This document shows, piece after piece, positions 61,731 through 64,000 of a stretch of DNA of 64,000 bases. The position numbers and the translations under genes are program-made. Numbering within the stretch: the stretch's first letter is position 1; every line of letters starts with the position of its first letter. The DNA comes from an uncultured Alphaproteobacteria bacterium. GTDB taxonomy: Bacteria; Pseudomonadota; Alphaproteobacteria; HIMB59; GCA-002718135. The notes under the pieces are model-generated. The model was not told the origin of the DNA. It worked only from the letters and a program-made list of their open reading frames with translations, and did no database searches. The stretch lies in contig CABZFN010000003.1 of NCBI GenBank assembly GCA_902525035.1, positions 70,395 to 134,394 of the forward strand, read 5' to 3'.

Positions 61731-62609
61731 ATGAAAAAAATTAGATTATTTATTTCTATAGTAGTAATTATATTAATAATTTTATCTATCTTTATTTATA
61801 TTTTTCTAAATAATTTTGAAAAAGAAAAAATAATTAGTAAAATCGAGAAGAAATTTGAAATTAAAATTAATGAAAAAAATAAAACTAAAATAAATATTTT
61901 TCCAATTGTAAAGCTTAACACAAACTTAGAAATTAAAGATTACAAAAATAATTTATACTTTGATAATATTAGAATTGATATTTCTCAGCCCGTATTTCAA
62001 GTTTCAGGAAATTTAAATATTCTAATTGATAATTTGAATATTAAAAATATTAATTTTAGTGAAGTAAATATTAATGGAAAAGTAAATTATATTGAAAATT
62101 ATCTTAAATATAGTGATAATTTAGAAAATTTATTTGACTCAATTTATAAAATTAATGGTAAAATAACTTTAGAAACAACTAATGAAGAAAAATTTCTTAT
62201 TTCATTTTTAAAATTATTCTTTGAAAAATTAGAAAATCAAAAAAATCAAAAATTTGCATTTTCTAAATTAATAAATGCTTTTGGTAATGAAAGTTCTAAT
62301 TTTAAAGGCGCAATAAATAAAAATAAAAATATTTTAGAAACTAGCAAAATAGAAATTAGTAATAAAAACAATAGAATTCTTATAAAAGGAAAATACAATT
62401 ACATTAATAATTTTATGGATATTATTTTAAACTTATCTCAGAATAATGAAATATATTTAACTACTTTGATAAAAGGAAACTTAAATAATCCTAATATAAG
62501 TTTTGATAAAAATTCTAAATTTTTTCAAAATTTAAACTCAAATGAAAATAATATAATTGAAGAAAGCGTCATTCAATTTTTAAATAATTTTTTTGATTTC
62601 AATGATTGA
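61731..62609 (+). CDS. membrane-anchored N/K/I-rich protein, possibly a miniature AsmA-like protein
   Basis: 292 aa with an N-terminal TM anchor. The start (INIFPIVKLNTNLEIKDYK..) and end (ILIKGKYNYINNFMDIILNL..GNLNNPNISFD) resemble the AsmA N- and C-terminal signatures. This is pattern resemblance only. Confidence 0.5.
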   Translation: MKKIRLFISIVVIILIILSIFIYIFLNNFEKEKIISKIEKKFEIKINEKNKTKINIFPIVKLNTNLEIKDYKNNLYFDNIRIDISQPVFQVSGNLNILIDNLNIKNINFSEVNINGKVNYIENYLKYSDNLENLFDSIYKINGKITLETTNEEKFLISFLKLFFEKLENQKNQKFAFSKLINAFGNESSNFKGAINKNKNILETSKIEISNKNNRILIKGKYNYINNFMDIILNLSQNNEIYLTTLIKGNLNNPNISFDKNSKFFQNLNSNENNIIEESVIQFLNNFFDFND

Positions 62610-63540
62610 CTTATTAAATATAGTTAGCAGTGTGTTTGGATATATCCTTTTTGGGTTTTTTGTAAATAAATTACAAATACTTCCAAAAAAATATATTGAT
62701 TATTTTGATTTTACAGGTTTTAACATTCTTTTACCTTTAGCTTTAATTATATATTTTTGGCAAGTCTCATTTCCTCAAATTAATTCTATTGGCCTGATTA
62801 TCTCATTTTTTGCTTCAGGTATTTTTATATCCATGACTGGATTTTTAATTAGCAAACAATTTTTAAATTTTAAAACAGATGACTCTGCACTTTTTGGATT
62901 AGCTGCTTGTTTTGGTAACACAGTAGCAATGGGAATACCTCTTATGTATGCAGTTTTGGGTCCAATAAATACAATTCCTTATATGATATTAGTTTTTTTT
63001 CATGGTATTGTTCATTTTAGCTATACTGTTATTATAATAGAAGTTTATAGAAATAGACAAAAAACCATTGTCGAAATTTTTTATCAAATATTATTAGGTA
63101 TAATTAAAAATATTGTACTTTTTGGAATGATAATTGGAATCATTCTTAATTACTCTAATCTTATTGTTCCATCTATTATGAAAGAGCCTTTAGATATTTT
63201 TGTAAACCTTGCTCTTCCAATGGTTCTCATTTCTTTAGGTCTTGCATTAGGAAATTTTAAAATTAGAGAAAATATTTATGGTGCAATACTATTAACTATC
63301 TTAAAAAATTTTATTCACCCTATAATTGCATTTTGTTTAGCGAATTTTATACTAGAGCTTGATAATCTCTTGATAATTATAGTTACTATGGCCGCAGCTT
63401 TACCAAGTGGGTCTCAATCGTATTATTTTGCATACAGATATAATTCACTAAAAGCTGTAGTTTCTTCAAATGTGGTATTAAGTACTTTTGTTAGTTTTTT
63501 TACACTGTCATTATTGTTAGTATTTTTTGATATCACGTAG
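62593..63540 (+). CDS. AEC (auxin efflux carrier) family transporter
   Basis: 315 aa, about 10 TM. FGNTVAMGIPL and AALPSGSQSY motifs. Confidence 0.8.
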   Translation: MISMIDLLNIVSSVFGYILFGFFVNKLQILPKKYIDYFDFTGFNILLPLALIIYFWQVSFPQINSIGLIISFFASGIFISMTGFLISKQFLNFKTDDSALFGLAACFGNTVAMGIPLMYAVLGPINTIPYMILVFFHGIVHFSYTVIIIEVYRNRQKTIVEIFYQILLGIIKNIVLFGMIIGIILNYSNLIVPSIMKEPLDIFVNLALPMVLISLGLALGNFKIRENIYGAILLTILKNFIHPIIAFCLANFILELDNLLIIIVTMAAALPSGSQSYYFAYRYNSLKAVVSSNVVLSTFVSFFTLSLLLVFFDIT

Positions 63541-64000
63541 ATTGAGAAAGAAACGATTGTATTCTCTCTTTTTTATCCATAGTTTTTACACTAAAAGGAA
63601 AAATCTCTAGCATCTTATCATATACATCAATTGCCTGTTGAAACTGACCCTGATGAATAAAAATTAAACCCATTCCATCTAGAGCACCAAAATGTCTTGG
63701 TTCTAATTCAAGAGTTTTAATGATGTCTTGCATAGATTGATCAAAATTACCCATCATGAAGTGAACTGTAGCTCTTTTATTCCAACCTTCTGCAAAATTA
63801 GGATCTTCTTCAATTAAATTATTAAAAAATCTAATTGCTAGTGGATAATTTCTTAAATTCATAGCTTGAATACCCTTCTCAAAATATTCAATTACTTTTG
63901 GATCATCAACTTCATACCATATATTCCAAATGTCAGATATCAAATCTCTTATTTCATCCTGATTTTCAGTCTCATTTAATTTTTTAAACAAATTATTTAG
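63533..64000 (-). CDS. tetratricopeptide-repeat protein, probably 5'-truncated by the window edge
   Basis: TPR units (NYPLAIRFFNNLIEEDPNFAEGWNKRA ...). The frame stays open upstream of the track's TTG at 63991 to the end of the window. Confidence 0.7.
   Translation of the reverse strand, partial: LNNLFKKLNETENQDEIRDLISDIWNIWYEVDDPKVIEYFEKGIQAMNLRNYPLAIRFFNNLIEEDPNFAEGWNKRATVHFMMGNFDQSMQDIIKTLELEPRHFGALDGMGLIFIHQGQFQQAIDVYDKMLEIFPFSVKTMDKKERIQSFLSQST

Noticed and set aside
1-64000. Search for CRISPR arrays, transposases/integrases, prophage genes, toxin-antitoxin pairs or known defence-system domains
   Set aside because: I found none. Every ORF over about 100 aa is either a recognisable housekeeping or metabolic gene or an orphan without nuclease, ATPase or other defence-type motifs. 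I saw no spaced direct repeats by eye. A computational repeat scan would be needed to exclude short dispersed repeats.

Overview
This is an AT-rich, very tightly packed chromosomal segment. By my own tally only about 1.1-1.2 kb (<2 %) lies outside called genes. The gene content is alphaproteobacterial housekeeping: split PntAA/PntAB/PntB transhydrogenase, class I LysRS, a BolA/J-domain/CobS/CobT cluster, a COQ9-like protein near rpsU, and DUF1178, DUF4167, DUF1244 and DUF2177 proteins. Together with the extreme streamlining, this looks like a Pelagibacterales (SAR11)-type genome. That assignment is an inference, since no search was possible.

I call 66 CDS, one of them a 42-codon ORF missing from the supplied track, plus one tRNA-Val(GAC) and one candidate operator palindrome. 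I found no rRNA, CRISPR array, transposase, integrase, prophage gene or recognisable defence system, so I do not claim a novel defence or mobile system.

The observations most worth following up are:
- All 14 convergent gene pairs end within 5 nt of each other. Eleven have physically overlapping stop codons, mostly TTAA or CTAG, which leaves no room for intrinsic terminators.
- A heme A synthase (Cox15/CtaA) is transcribed divergently from a translationally coupled adrenodoxin-type ferredoxin and ferredoxin-NADP reductase. This mirrors the mitochondrial Cox15-Yah1-Arh1 dependency.
- A split saccharopine-pathway pair sits in SDH-then-LKR order.
- An orphan CobS/CobT AAA+/vWA pair is fused into a BolA/J-domain cluster.
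- A PFK has a mixed ATP/PPi donor signature, and pyruvate kinase is also present.
- The tRNA-Val has C instead of the near-universal U at position 33.
- Several orphan exported or membrane proteins are present, including a miniature AsmA-like protein and a 586-aa secreted protein preceded by the unannotated one-helix micro-ORF.
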